From sequence record SRR22947727_348: DNA of 40,742 nucleotides; one strand, written 5' to 3'. Below the pieces are notes generated by a model. The model saw only the letters and a program-made list of their open reading frames with translations, was not told where the DNA came from and searched no databases. Positions 29,520-39,238 of this stretch are shown here, in pieces. A program made the translations under genes and the position numbers. Numbering within the stretch: position 1 is the first letter of the stretch; every line of letters begins with the position of its first letter.

Positions 29520-30191
29520 ATGCCGATCACCTTCAAATTTTTAACCGTAAAATCGATTCCGCGCTTGTGGTGGAGCGCCCCGCGCGCCTTAACCTTGCGC
29601 CCGCCCTTCAGATCATTTCTGGGTCTGGTCTTCGGATTGATCCTTTTTGGCTTGGGAGAGGCGCTTTTGGTGGCGGCAGGAATCGGCGTCAGCCCTTGGA
29701 CGGTTTTGGCCGAGGGGGTCGCCAAAACCGCTGGCCTCAGCCTTGGCATCACAACCTTCCTGATCAGTCTCAGCGTTTTAATTTTATGGGTTCCGCTGCG
29801 CCAAACACCCGGCCTTGGCACGCTGCTCAATGCCTTGATAGTCGCCTTTATGTTGGATTTTTCATTGCCGTATCTGCCAAGGTCTGAAGATTTTCTACCG
29901 CAGATTTTTCTAGCACTTCTGGGTGTCTTCACCACTGGGCTAGGGGGCGCCATCTATCTTATTGCAAATTTAGGCCCCGGCCCCCGCGACGGTTTAATGA
30001 CCGGGCTCCAAGCGCTAAGTGGCCGCCCTTTGGCCTTGGTGCGCAGCGCCTTAGAGATGACGGTGGTTCTTGCAGGCTTTGCCCTTGGCGGCACGCTTGG
30101 CCTTGGAACGCTGTTTTTTGCTTTTGGCATCGGTCCGGCGATCGCATTCTGTCTCAGCGTGATATCGCATCTCTTCAGGCAGCGTAAATGA
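29520..30191 (+). CDS. YczE/YyaS/YitT-family membrane protein
   Basis: GVSPWTVL, PGLGTLLNA, LGPGPRDGLMTGL and GGTLGLGT. Confidence 0.85.
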   Translation: MPITFKFLTVKSIPRLWWSAPRALTLRPPFRSFLGLVFGLILFGLGEALLVAAGIGVSPWTVLAEGVAKTAGLSLGITTFLISLSVLILWVPLRQTPGLGTLLNALIVAFMLDFSLPYLPRSEDFLPQIFLALLGVFTTGLGGAIYLIANLGPGPRDGLMTGLQALSGRPLALVRSALEMTVVLAGFALGGTLGLGTLFFAFGIGPAIAFCLSVISHLFRQRK

Positions 30192-30198
30192 CAGCAGC

Positions 30199-30762
30199 TT
30201 AGGCGCGTTCGGAATATTCCATCAGCTCTGTATTCACCACGATACTTTCATCCTGTGCAATAAACGGCGGTACCATCACTTTCACGCCATTATCCAAGAT
30301 AGCAGGTTTGAAACTATTCGCCGCTGTTTGACCTTTGACCACCGGTTCTGTTTCAGCCACTTGGCACACCACTTTTTGCGGTAGGGAAGCATTAAGCGCT
30401 TCTTCTTCGTAAAATTCAACCACGATTTTCATGCCATCTTGCAAAAACGGCCGCCGCTCACCCAAAAGCTCGGCGGGAAGTTCTATCTGGTCAAAGGTTT
30501 CGGCATCCATAAACACAAGCATGCCATCACTTTCATAGAGAAACTGCTGGTCTTTTTGCTCAAGCCGGACCTTTTCAACCTTGTCAGCGCTGCGAAAACG
30601 CTCGTTAAGTTTTGAGCCGTTGCGCAAATTGCGCATTTCAACCTGAGCGAATGCACCGCCTTTGCCCGGCTTCACATGATCGACTTTTACGGCGGCCCAT
30701 AGCCCCCCCTCATGCTCTAAAACATTACCTGGGCGAATTTCATTACCATTTATTTTGGGCAT
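30199..30762 (-). CDS. efp: Elongation factor P
   Basis: [10 protein letters not shown] (Lys-type loop), [10 protein letters not shown] and VPPFI. Confidence 0.97.
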   Translation of the reverse strand: MPKINGNEIRPGNVLEHEGGLWAAVKVDHVKPGKGGAFAQVEMRNLRNGSKLNERFRSADKVEKVRLEQKDQQFLYESDGMLVFMDAETFDQIELPAELLGERRPFLQDGMKIVVEFYEEEALNASLPQKVVCQVAETEPVVKGQTAANSFKPAILDNGVKVMVPPFIAQDESIVVNTELMEYSERA

Positions 30763-30864
30763 CACACACCTGATATAAAGAAGTTGAATTTAAGCTTTGC
30801 CCCCCTATATCCACGGTACAGGGGCTTGGCAACCTATTCGAAGAGACGGTATTGAATCGCAAGG

Positions 30865-30881
30865 CATGCACAGAGCGCATG
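30865..30881. promoter_or_regulatory. LysR-type T-N11-A dyad between efp and the DUF6280-like gene
   Basis: CATGC-ACAGAGC-GCATG. Confidence 0.5.
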
Positions 30882-30974
30882 GGAGATATGCAAAATAAAG
30901 CTACCCGAATCGGTTCAAATAGGTCATAAGCAACGCCACGTCAAAAATACAAGAGCAAGAATAAAGGACGCGAA

Positions 30975-31295
30975 ATGAAAGATTTTGTGGACGCAACAGC
31001 GTTTAACAGCGAGCAAGGCAACCGGGCCCGCAAATTATTTGCAGCTGTGGTTTTGGCCGCTCTCGATGATGCGATTGCCGATGATAAGAAATATGGCAAT
31101 GGTCCAGAGCAGATTGCCCGTTGGGCCCGTTCGCGTGATGGGCGCGAAGTACTGTCATGCGCTGGGATTGACCCGAATGAGCGCGTGGTGAGCGGTTTGA
31201 TGGAATTTGTCGGCAAAGGCGTCAGAACCTCTGTTGCGCTGTCACGCGAAGAAAGCGAACGCCGCAACGCAGCCGAGCAAGCAGAAGCCGCCTAA
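30975..31295 (+). CDS. Conserved hypothetical protein (DUF6280-like)
   Basis: AAGGA RBS, clean 106-aa ORF and its own terminator. QGNRARKLFAAVVLAALDDAI is recalled as a Rhodobacteraceae-conserved protein. Confidence 0.82.
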   Translation: MKDFVDATAFNSEQGNRARKLFAAVVLAALDDAIADDKKYGNGPEQIARWARSRDGREVLSCAGIDPNERVVSGLMEFVGKGVRTSVALSREESERRNAAEQAEAA

Positions 31296-31320
31296 ACACC
31301 ACTGACATGAATTAGATTTT

Positions 31321-31354
31321 AGGCGTTAGGTCTGCGGATCTGGCGCCTTTTTTT
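31321..31354 (+). terminator. Rho-independent terminator
   Basis: AGGCGTTAGGTC-TGCG-GATCTGGCGCCT followed by a T run; the G-U pairs favour the + strand. Confidence 0.85.
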
Positions 31355-31387
31355 ATAAACGACCCCCGGATTTTTATCCGCGTGCTC

Positions 31388-31927
31388 TTATCCGTCACTG
31401 GCTTTCAACGCGGCGCGCACCTCATGCTGAACCAAGTTGCGCACGTTCTTAGTAATTTTTTCGCCCAGCACACCGCGCAACTCACGCCGAATGATTTCAG
31501 AAATCATCAGTTCAAGATCTTCGTTATCCATTTGCAACAGGCTATCCGTGCTCTGTGTCGCGCTTGAATTTTCCGGCGTTCTTCGTCTGTGATCGCGCGC
31601 ATGCAGTGGCATGGCAGAAGAAAAGGTTGAAATCTCGGGGCCGTCATCAGCCAGAATACTTTTTTGTACCTCGGGCTCTGAGCCAGCACCCAAATCGATT
31701 AAATCTTCCAGTTTTGCGACTTTATCTTTTAAACTTAGCGTGCGCACAATGCGCTCGACAGCCGGCTCATGTCCGCCTGCATTGATCCGCAGGGAGGGGT
31801 CTAAAAACAACCTTTCGGCTTTTTTCTGCAGAACCGGATCCGCAGCTTCACTTTCTTCATCCGCAATCAGTTGCTTAAGCGATACCAACAGGTCGCTCAG
31901 ATTCGCTTGTGAAACAGGTCCGTCCAT
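31388..31927 (-). CDS. Hypothetical protein, PopZ-like
   Basis: N-terminal amphipathic helix LSDLLVSLKQLIADEE, polar linker and C-terminal helices LELMISEIIRRELRGVLGEKITKNVRNLVQHEV. Lies directly downstream of pcm-tolC. Confidence 0.65.
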   Translation of the reverse strand: MDGPVSQANLSDLLVSLKQLIADEESEAADPVLQKKAERLFLDPSLRINAGGHEPAVERIVRTLSLKDKVAKLEDLIDLGAGSEPEVQKSILADDGPEISTFSSAMPLHARDHRRRTPENSSATQSTDSLLQMDNEDLELMISEIIRRELRGVLGEKITKNVRNLVQHEVRAALKASDG

Positions 31928-32041
31928 CCAGATCGCCTTTACCAGTCTTCGCAAAAATATAACGTTGATAGAGTTTACGCACAAGTGAAAGGCAGAAACT
32001 GCCGCATAATCACCCTAAGCAAGGCGCGCTGCGTATTTAAT

Positions 32042-33433
32042 TCAGGGCGAAAGCGCCTTTAAAACACGATCCAGTTTGCTGCCCCGCGCGCTGCGTTTGG
32101 TAGGGGCAGATTTCACCAAATTATAATATTCGGCCGGATCAAATTTTTGCACTGGAAGATTTAACGATTCTGCCGTGAGCTGACCCATACGCATCAACAC
32201 ACGGTATCCAGCGATCACCTCATCGGTAAGTGAGGTCACACGGTCTGCTTTGGCATCCAATAATTCTTGTTCTGCATTCAACACATCCAGCGTGGTGCGC
32301 GCGCCCACAGCAGCCTCTTCACGCACGCCTTCAAACGCCACCACCGCGGCACGAATTTGCTCATCGGTTGCCGCGCGGCTCGCACGGGCCATCTGCAACA
32401 GAGCAAACGCACTTCCCGCCTGTTGCTCAATCTTGGCTTTTGTCACGTAAAGACCGGCCCGCTGCGCATCACGCCGCGCTTTGGCTTGGCGCACCAAAGC
32501 CGACAACCTTCCACCAGAATAAATCGGACCAGAAGCAGAGACGCCAAAAGAATTTGAATTTGAAAAATTATCCCCTTCGATGTCTGAATAGCCCAGCGAG
32601 CCTGAAAGCTTTACCGTCATGCCCGTGCCTGCTTCTGCGCGCAGCACGTTTAACTCGGCTTGCTTGATATCATGCTGCAGCGCGATCAGTTCGGGATGCG
32701 CCCGCAACGCCTTTGCTTTTACCTCAGAGGCTTTGCGCGGAAGATTAGGCGCCTTTTTGGGCGCCGATAATTTTCCCGGCGCCGCGCCGACAGCTTGTTT
32801 ATAAGATTCTTTTGCCTGAACTAAATTTGCCTGCGCAGCGGCCAGAGCGCTGGTTGACGCAGCCAAGCGTGCTTCGGCAAAAGCGACATCCGTCTTGGTA
32901 ATTTCACCCACGTCAAACCGATCCTGCGCAGCCCTCAATTCCTCTTTAATCACGCGCATATTATTTTTACGCAGGCCCACGATTTCAATATCGCGGCGCA
33001 CTTTCACAAAAGCCTCAATCGCTGAAAACAACACTTGTTGTTCAACCAAAATAAGCGACTGACGCGTTGAAAGCACCGCTTCCTTCGCGGCGTCTATAGC
33101 AAGTTTATTTTGCCCACCATCATAGACTGTCAACGCCGCTGTCACATCAAGGTTTGCGGAATTCGTGGATATACCCGACGTAGTGTTTAAAGGCGCGGTG
33201 TTTCTGGAACCAAACTGTCGTTGCAAGCTCGAGCTCCAGCTCAGCACCGGCTTTAACGCCGCAGCCGCCACTGCTACATCTTCATCTGCCGCGCGCAGCA
33301 GAGCGCGGTTTTGCGTGAGAAGGCCCTTGTTATTATAGGCATCCACGAGTGTTTGTTGCAGGCTTCCAGCCCCTACGGGTGCCGCCAGCACAACCGATAA
33401 AATAACCAAGCTTAGTGTTTTGAAAACTTTCAT
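32042..33433 (-). CDS. tolC: TolC-family outer membrane protein
   Basis: Signal peptide, RFDVGEITKTDV, PIYSGG and VGARTTLDVLNAEQEL. Confidence 0.93.
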   Translation of the reverse strand: MKVFKTLSLVILSVVLAAPVGAGSLQQTLVDAYNNKGLLTQNRALLRAADEDVAVAAAALKPVLSWSSSLQRQFGSRNTAPLNTTSGISTNSANLDVTAALTVYDGGQNKLAIDAAKEAVLSTRQSLILVEQQVLFSAIEAFVKVRRDIEIVGLRKNNMRVIKEELRAAQDRFDVGEITKTDVAFAEARLAASTSALAAAQANLVQAKESYKQAVGAAPGKLSAPKKAPNLPRKASEVKAKALRAHPELIALQHDIKQAELNVLRAEAGTGMTVKLSGSLGYSDIEGDNFSNSNSFGVSASGPIYSGGRLSALVRQAKARRDAQRAGLYVTKAKIEQQAGSAFALLQMARASRAATDEQIRAAVVAFEGVREEAAVGARTTLDVLNAEQELLDAKADRVTSLTDEVIAGYRVLMRMGQLTAESLNLPVQKFDPAEYYNLVKSAPTKRSARGSKLDRVLKALSP

Positions 33434-33500
33434 CGTGCACATCGACCCTTACAATACATAGCGACCCTGCCTGAGAAAAGTTTAGCCCAAGACGCGCGCT

Positions 33501-34154
33501 TTACAAGGCAAAATCACGCGCGGCCTGAAAGCCCTGCAGGAGTGGAGCGCCCGCGTTAAACAGCGCACGCCACGTCACCCGACCGTTCAATTTATATCCA
33601 ATTTTGGCCGTGCCCAACGCAGCATCCGAGAAAATACACGCGATCCGTCCACCTTCTTTTAGCTGCGCTACAAGTCCTGGCGGTACCATCTCAACCGCCC
33701 CCTCAATAACGATCACATCGTAAGGACCGTGCTGCGCCGCCCCTTCAACCAGGTGTCCAAGCTGTAAAATAACGTTATCGGCCTCAGCTTCGGTGAGGGC
33801 ATCTTGCGCCTCTGCAATGCGCTCGGGGGTATCTTCGAGCGCCACAACCGCCTCAGACATCCGCGCCATCACCGCGGCGGAATATCCAAGCCCAGCGCCG
33901 ATATCGAGCACCAAATCTGTTTTTTGAAGGTCCAAAGCATCCAACATTTTTGCCAAACTGCGCGCTTCTAATAAAACGCGGCCATCGCCTAAACCAACAT
34001 TTTCACCAATATAGGCGGCTTCGCGTTTGTCCCGCGGTACAAATAATTCCCGCTGAACGGTTAACATGGCATCGATAATCGGAAATTTGGTTACATCCGA
34101 AGGGCGGACCTGGGTATCAACCATCATCAAACGGCGGGCTGCAAAATCACTCAT
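33501..34154 (-). CDS. pcm: Protein-L-isoaspartate O-methyltransferase family
   Basis: MVDTQVRPSDVT, RELFVP, VLDIGAGLGYSAA, GPYDVIVIEG and QLKEGGR. Confidence 0.92.
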   Translation of the reverse strand: MSDFAARRLMMVDTQVRPSDVTKFPIIDAMLTVQRELFVPRDKREAAYIGENVGLGDGRVLLEARSLAKMLDALDLQKTDLVLDIGAGLGYSAAVMARMSEAVVALEDTPERIAEAQDALTEAEADNVILQLGHLVEGAAQHGPYDVIVIEGAVEMVPPGLVAQLKEGGRIACIFSDAALGTAKIGYKLNGRVTWRALFNAGAPLLQGFQAARDFAL

Positions 34155-34454
34155 ATTGGCGCTCTATCAATCTACATTTGCCCGCGTTTTGACATAAAGC
34201 ACGCGCAGGGGCAACGGCCACATTGATTTTGAGTTTGAAAAATCACGCTTTCCGGCCAGCACTGTAGATTTCATATAGCCTTTGCCCGAGATATTGCCTT
34301 GAGCCGAAACCCAACATAAAAACCGCATCTTTATCGGTTAGAGTTGAAAAGCAACTGGACAAAGAAATCACGACCGTTACCTTCACCTCCCGAGATGACG
34401 CGGCTTGCCCAGGTAACCGCCATCAAGCGAACAAAAAGGCCGGGGGCGCCAAAT

Positions 34455-35381
34455 ATGAAAATTGCGATTATTGGTGTGGGGGCGATGGGCTCAATTTATG
34501 CCGGTTTGCTTAGCGAAGCCAAGCATGAGGTATGGGCCATTGATCCCTGGGCGGCGCATGTGGCGGCGATCAACGCTGACGGCTTGCGCTTGTCAGGGGC
34601 AAGCGGTGATCGGGTCATAAACACGCTGCGAGCCAGCGTTGATATATCTCAAGTCGGGCAATGCGATATCTGCGTGATTGCCACGAAAGCCTCCGGCGTT
34701 GCTGCGGCCGCGAAAGCCATTGCCCCTGTCATCGGGCCCGATTGTCTGGTTTTAACCATTCAAAATGGCTTGGGTGCAGATCGGCGTCTTGCCCAGCATA
34801 TGCCGATGCATAACGTGCTGCTCGGGGTGGCTGATGGCTTTGGTGCATCGATGAAAGGCCCCGGACACGCGCATCACAATGCGATGAAGCTTATCCGTAT
34901 CGGTGAAATCACGGGCGGCATAAGCCCCCGCCTCAGCGCGCTGGAAGCACTGTTTCAAAACGCCGGGTTCAACGCAAAAGCCTTTGAAAACATTAACACA
35001 TTGATTTGGGAAAAGTTTTTGTGCAACGTCACCTTCAGCGCGCCCTGCACTGTCTATGAGCAAACCGTTGGTGCTTTGATGGAGGATCAGGATCATTGGA
35101 TGGTTGCGCTGGCTGCAATGCAAGAGGCCTATCGGTTGGGGCAAGCCAAAAATATTGCGTTTAGCTTCGAAGATCCGGTGGCCTATGTAACCGCTTTTGG
35201 GGCGCAGATGCCCGATGCGCGCCCCTCAATGTTATTGGATTTCCTAGCCCAAAAATCCTCTGAGCTCGACGCGATTAATGGTATGGTTCCTGTGTTGAGC
35301 AAAGAACTGGGCCTTCCCACCCCTGTGAATGATGATTTGGTCGCCAAAGTCCGACTTAAAGAAGCCAGTTTTAAAGGTTAA
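34455..35381 (+). CDS. Ketopantoate reductase (ApbA/PanE) family protein
   Basis: IAIIGVGAMG, IATKA, IQNGL, IWEKFLCN, PSMLLD and ELDAING. Start at ATG 34455. Confidence 0.9.
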   Translation: MKIAIIGVGAMGSIYAGLLSEAKHEVWAIDPWAAHVAAINADGLRLSGASGDRVINTLRASVDISQVGQCDICVIATKASGVAAAAKAIAPVIGPDCLVLTIQNGLGADRRLAQHMPMHNVLLGVADGFGASMKGPGHAHHNAMKLIRIGEITGGISPRLSALEALFQNAGFNAKAFENINTLIWEKFLCNVTFSAPCTVYEQTVGALMEDQDHWMVALAAMQEAYRLGQAKNIAFSFEDPVAYVTAFGAQMPDARPSMLLDFLAQKSSELDAINGMVPVLSKELGLPTPVNDDLVAKVRLKEASFKG

Positions 35382-35385
35382 CGCT

Positions 35386-36231
35386 ATGCTGCTTGCCTCT
35401 GCTTTCGTAAAGAATACCCCTGTTTATGGCGTGCTTGGGCCAAGCTTGTTTTTTCCTGCGACTGCGAATGTTCTAGGGCGCTGGCCCAGCCTAAAAGACC
35501 TGATCGCCGATGATGCGCTGGATATTTTAAAAGCGCAACTGGAGGCGGGCATCGATTTAGAAGCGGTAACATTGCGCCAACCGATCCCCAATGCTTCAAA
35601 AATCATCTGCGTTGGGCTCAATTATCGAAAGCCCTATCCGGTTGACGGGGTCGCGCCGCCAGACCCGGAGCATATTATTCTTTTTGGAAAAGAACAAAGC
35701 AGCATGGTAGCCCATCACGAGCCGCTGCAGCCCCCCGCTGGCATGGCCGGCCAAAGCTTTGATTATGAAGGCGAGATTGCCGTGGTGATCGGCAAGCGTG
35801 CGTTTCAAATCAGCGCAGAAACGGCTTTGGACCATGTATTAGGCTATTCCGCCTTGAATGATGGCTCGGTGCGCGATTGGCAAAAGCACAGCATTTATGC
35901 CGGCAAGAACTTTTATCAGTCTGGATCTTGGGGACCTGCAATTCTTACGAAAGATCAGCTGGATGATCCGGATGAATTGCGCCTCAAAACCTTTGTGAAT
36001 GGCGAATTGCGCCAAAGCTGCCGCGCCAAAGAAATGGTATTTTCAGTCGCCGCGCAAATCGCCTATATCTCGCATCTTTTTCCGCTTGAAGCGGGAGATG
36101 TTATTGCAACCGGCTCTCCAGATGGGACGGGCGGCGCGCGCAATCCAAAAGCGTTTTTACGCCCGGGTGACCTTGTTGAGGTTAAAGTTGGCGCGCAGCT
36201 ATCGCTTGAAAACCGCGTCGCAGATGCCTAA
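35386..36231 (+). CDS. Fumarylacetoacetate hydrolase family protein
   Basis: KIICVGLNY, DYEGEIAVVIG, NDGSVRDWQ, GKNF and GDVIATGSP. Confidence 0.92.
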   Translation: MLLASAFVKNTPVYGVLGPSLFFPATANVLGRWPSLKDLIADDALDILKAQLEAGIDLEAVTLRQPIPNASKIICVGLNYRKPYPVDGVAPPDPEHIILFGKEQSSMVAHHEPLQPPAGMAGQSFDYEGEIAVVIGKRAFQISAETALDHVLGYSALNDGSVRDWQKHSIYAGKNFYQSGSWGPAILTKDQLDDPDELRLKTFVNGELRQSCRAKEMVFSVAAQIAYISHLFPLEAGDVIATGSPDGTGGARNPKAFLRPGDLVEVKVGAQLSLENRVADA

Positions 36232-36315
36232 CTCGGCGCGGCGCCCAGACTTGGCGATCGTATCGGACGCGCTAGATCTCTCACGTTAAGGTTCTGAAAT
36301 TGACGGGAATTGCAG

Positions 36316-36861
36316 ATGACAAAATGGATCTACGGGTTGGTTTTTAGCCTGCTCATCAGCCCCAGCTGGAGCGATACAAACATGATCGACGCCTTTGAAC
36401 AGCAGCCAGAACGCCGCTGGCGTTATTTTTCCGATCAAGTGATGGGCGGTCTATCACAAGGCCAAGCAAATTTCGTTAAAACCGATGCCCGCTTTAGCGC
36501 GCATTTATCGGGTTGGGTCACGACGCAGAATAATGGTGGATTCATCCAAATACGCCGCGAGATCAACGGCTCCAACTACCCTGATGCAAAAGGCGTGACG
36601 CTCAAAGTTAAAGGCAATGGAGAACGCTATTACCTGCATCTGCGGACAAAACAAACGGGGCTTCCCTGGCATTATTATCAGGCCAGCTTTGACAGCAGTT
36701 CAGACTGGCAAAGCTTTTCCATACCGTTTTCCAGCTTTGAACGATCTGGCTGGGTCTTGGGGGCGGAAATCGACCCCGCAAGCATTTCAAGCTTGGGTAT
36801 CGTCGCCTACGGAAAAGATCATCAAGCAGATCTTTGGATAGATGAAATCGGGTTTTATTAA
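36316..36861 (+). CDS. CIA30-family protein with N-terminal signal peptide
   Basis: WRYFSDQVMGGLS, NNGGFIQIR, VKGNGERY and IPFSSF; hydrophobic N-terminus. Confidence 0.85.
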   Translation: MTKWIYGLVFSLLISPSWSDTNMIDAFEQQPERRWRYFSDQVMGGLSQGQANFVKTDARFSAHLSGWVTTQNNGGFIQIRREINGSNYPDAKGVTLKVKGNGERYYLHLRTKQTGLPWHYYQASFDSSSDWQSFSIPFSSFERSGWVLGAEIDPASISSLGIVAYGKDHQADLWIDEIGFY

Positions 36862-36987
36862 ATAAAGATGGTGGCCTCTGATAGGAACGTATCAGCCAAA
36901 ACGGAGGCATCAAAGCGATCTGCGATATTTTGATATCCCCACCGCGTTGGGCCTGTTAGGCTTGGCCCAGCCCAGAAGAGGATGCGT

Positions 36988-38007
36988 ATGAAAAGTTTTT
37001 TAGACCCAAGGCAAACTTTGCACAATCCAAAGCATTTCATGTTTAATGGCCGCCAAGCAGAGAACCCCGAAACCCCCGCACGTATCGAAATTTTAAAGGC
37101 AGGCGCTGAAGCCGCCGGCTGTGCGTTTGAGGCTCCAAGAGATTACGGGCTTGGCCCAATCGGGGCCATCCATTCTCCGCGTTATTTGATGTTTTTGCAA
37201 AATATTTACACCCGGTGGGCGCGAATAAAAGACGGTGGTAATGAGGTGATACCAAATATCCACCCCGCCAACCGAGTGAATTCTTATCCGGCCTCTGCGG
37301 TGGGTCAGGCGGGGTTTCATCAAGCCGACACAGCCTGCCCAATTTCAGCCAATACATGGGAGGCGGCTTATTGGTCGGCTCAATCAGCGATCGCTGGGGC
37401 AGAATATATGCTGCAGGGTGGCAGCCGCGCCTATGTGCTATGCCGCCCCCCTGGCCATCACGCCATGAGCGAATTGGCCGGCGGGTTTTGCTTTTTGAAC
37501 AATGCCGCTATCGCTGCGGATCTTTTAAGCAAAGCCGGCCGGCGCGTCAGCGTTTTGGACATAGACGTGCATCACGGAAACGGAACGCAGAATATTTTTT
37601 ACCACCGAAACGATGTTTTCACAGTGTCACTTCATGCAGATCCGGCGCGGTTTTATCCTTTTTATTGGGGGCACAGCGCTGAAACCGGAGCTGGTTTGGG
37701 CGCAGGTTATAACCTGAACCTGCCGCTTCCCCGCCGCAGCGATGATCCCGATTATTTAACCGCCCTTGCGCAAGCTTTAGAGCAAATTCAAGCCTATGGC
37801 ACCGATTGTTTGGTGGTTGGCCTGGGCCTTGACGCTTATGAAGGCGATCCCTTTCAGGGCCTTGCAGTGAGCAGCGAGGGCTTCACCCGAATTGGACAGG
37901 CCATCAGCGCTTTGGGCTGCCCGATGCTTTTGGTTCAAGAAGGCGGGTATATTTGCCCAGAATTGGGCACAAATTTAACGGCAGCCCTCGCAGGCTTTGC
38001 AGCCTGA
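36988..38007 (+). CDS. Histone deacetylase family protein (acetylpolyamine amidohydrolase-like)
   Basis: PETPAR, RPPGHHA, GFCFLNN, DIDVHHGNGT, GLDA..DP and QEGGY. Confidence 0.92.
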   Translation: MKSFLDPRQTLHNPKHFMFNGRQAENPETPARIEILKAGAEAAGCAFEAPRDYGLGPIGAIHSPRYLMFLQNIYTRWARIKDGGNEVIPNIHPANRVNSYPASAVGQAGFHQADTACPISANTWEAAYWSAQSAIAGAEYMLQGGSRAYVLCRPPGHHAMSELAGGFCFLNNAAIAADLLSKAGRRVSVLDIDVHHGNGTQNIFYHRNDVFTVSLHADPARFYPFYWGHSAETGAGLGAGYNLNLPLPRRSDDPDYLTALAQALEQIQAYGTDCLVVGLGLDAYEGDPFQGLAVSSEGFTRIGQAISALGCPMLLVQEGGYICPELGTNLTAALAGFAA

Positions 38008-38339
38008 TGGCGCAGATCAACCCAAACATATGTTTGCGCATTGGGGCAAAGAATGACACTTCTAAACATATAAATCAAAACAACGCTTAAGGCGATATTA
38101 TTGCCACTGCTATAACCCCTGCTTTCTGTCTTATCTCTTGGTATACTGAAATTTTATACTCAAGATTTCACGCGGCTGAAGCGTCTGTCTAACAAGGTTT
38201 TCTGGCGGCCCTGCCCAACTTTGTACAGTTGCTATATACAGGCGCATTCAGGTTTTACAAAACCACCTTCTATATCCCAGAATGGCGCTTACCATTTTTT
38301 GCGGGATTGCCGCCTCAAACATCGCTTTAACCGATTACA

Positions 38340-38888
38340 TTAGGGCGAAAGCCATGTTCCGGCCCACCGGTCGTCAGCTTGAAACACCGCCCGGAAATGT
38401 TGCTCTTTGAGCGAAAGGACCTCAAGCTTTTGAACCGCACAACTGCAAACCATAAACTGCGATTTCGACGGAGTGAGCGCATAGGCAAAGGCGTCACGGA
38501 TCGCAAGGCCGGTGCGCGGGGTTTTGCCATAAGCAATTTGACTGGGTCCGGGTACGTTTTGCCATTGCGCATCGCGATGGGCATCTTGGCGGAGCGCGAT
38601 GCGGGCGTGAAGCCTCAATTGGATGGCGCGATCCGGATCCCAAAACAATAATTGAGCCTGTGGATTGGCCTGCAACTCGGCGCATTTCGAACTGCCAATA
38701 TCGGTGTGAAATTCTAAATTTTCGTCCGCACGATCAACGCCGCGCAGCACCACATGGCGCGCCTGTGGTTGACCCTGTCTATCCACCGTGGCCAAGGACA
38801 TCCGCCGAAAGGGCGACTGCCCATCCGCCTGCCCTTCCTCTAGAAGGCCCCATGCCTGATCCAAAAGCTTTGGTAACGAGATGTTCAT
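38340..38888 (-). CDS. Pyridoxamine 5'-phosphate oxidase-like FMN-binding protein
   Basis: SLATV..PQARHVVLR, FHTDIGSSK, IQLRL and C-terminal WLSP. Start at ATG 38888. Confidence 0.87.
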   Translation of the reverse strand: MNISLPKLLDQAWGLLEEGQADGQSPFRRMSLATVDRQGQPQARHVVLRGVDRADENLEFHTDIGSSKCAELQANPQAQLLFWDPDRAIQLRLHARIALRQDAHRDAQWQNVPGPSQIAYGKTPRTGLAIRDAFAYALTPSKSQFMVCSCAVQKLEVLSLKEQHFRAVFQADDRWAGTWLSP

Positions 38889-39238
38889 GTGGTTTGCCTT
38901 TTGTGAAAAAATTGGAGTGTAAACCGACTGACAGAGGAAAGAGCCTATCCCCCTCCTAACCCCCAATTAAAGCGTTCAAGCGCTTAATCAAGAACGGCCA
39001 ATTTCATCCCAGACATGTAAACCTGTATCCGTTCAAGCATGACCTAAAACAAAAAAAGCCCGCTCAAGGCCTTCTCCCTCTGAGAAAACGCCTGACAGAT
39101 AATGCTGGACCCATTCCTTCTATCAGCACAGCTTGCACGTGCCCTGCTCTCAATGCGTTTCTTTACATGGTTCAGTTGCGCGATTATCAAAGCGCAATTC
39201 AAAGCGTAACACGCCGCGGCACTCGAAAGGTTTAAGAA

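Noticed and set aside
31355..31387. Possible loss of cobQ, which I recall near this position in some Roseobacter genomes
   Set aside because: It rests on unverified memory of synteny; no remnant is visible.
38131..38247. 38-aa minus-strand ORF (MRLYIATVQSW...) in an islet spacer
   Set aside because: Weak RBS and no recognisable features; cannot be told from chance.
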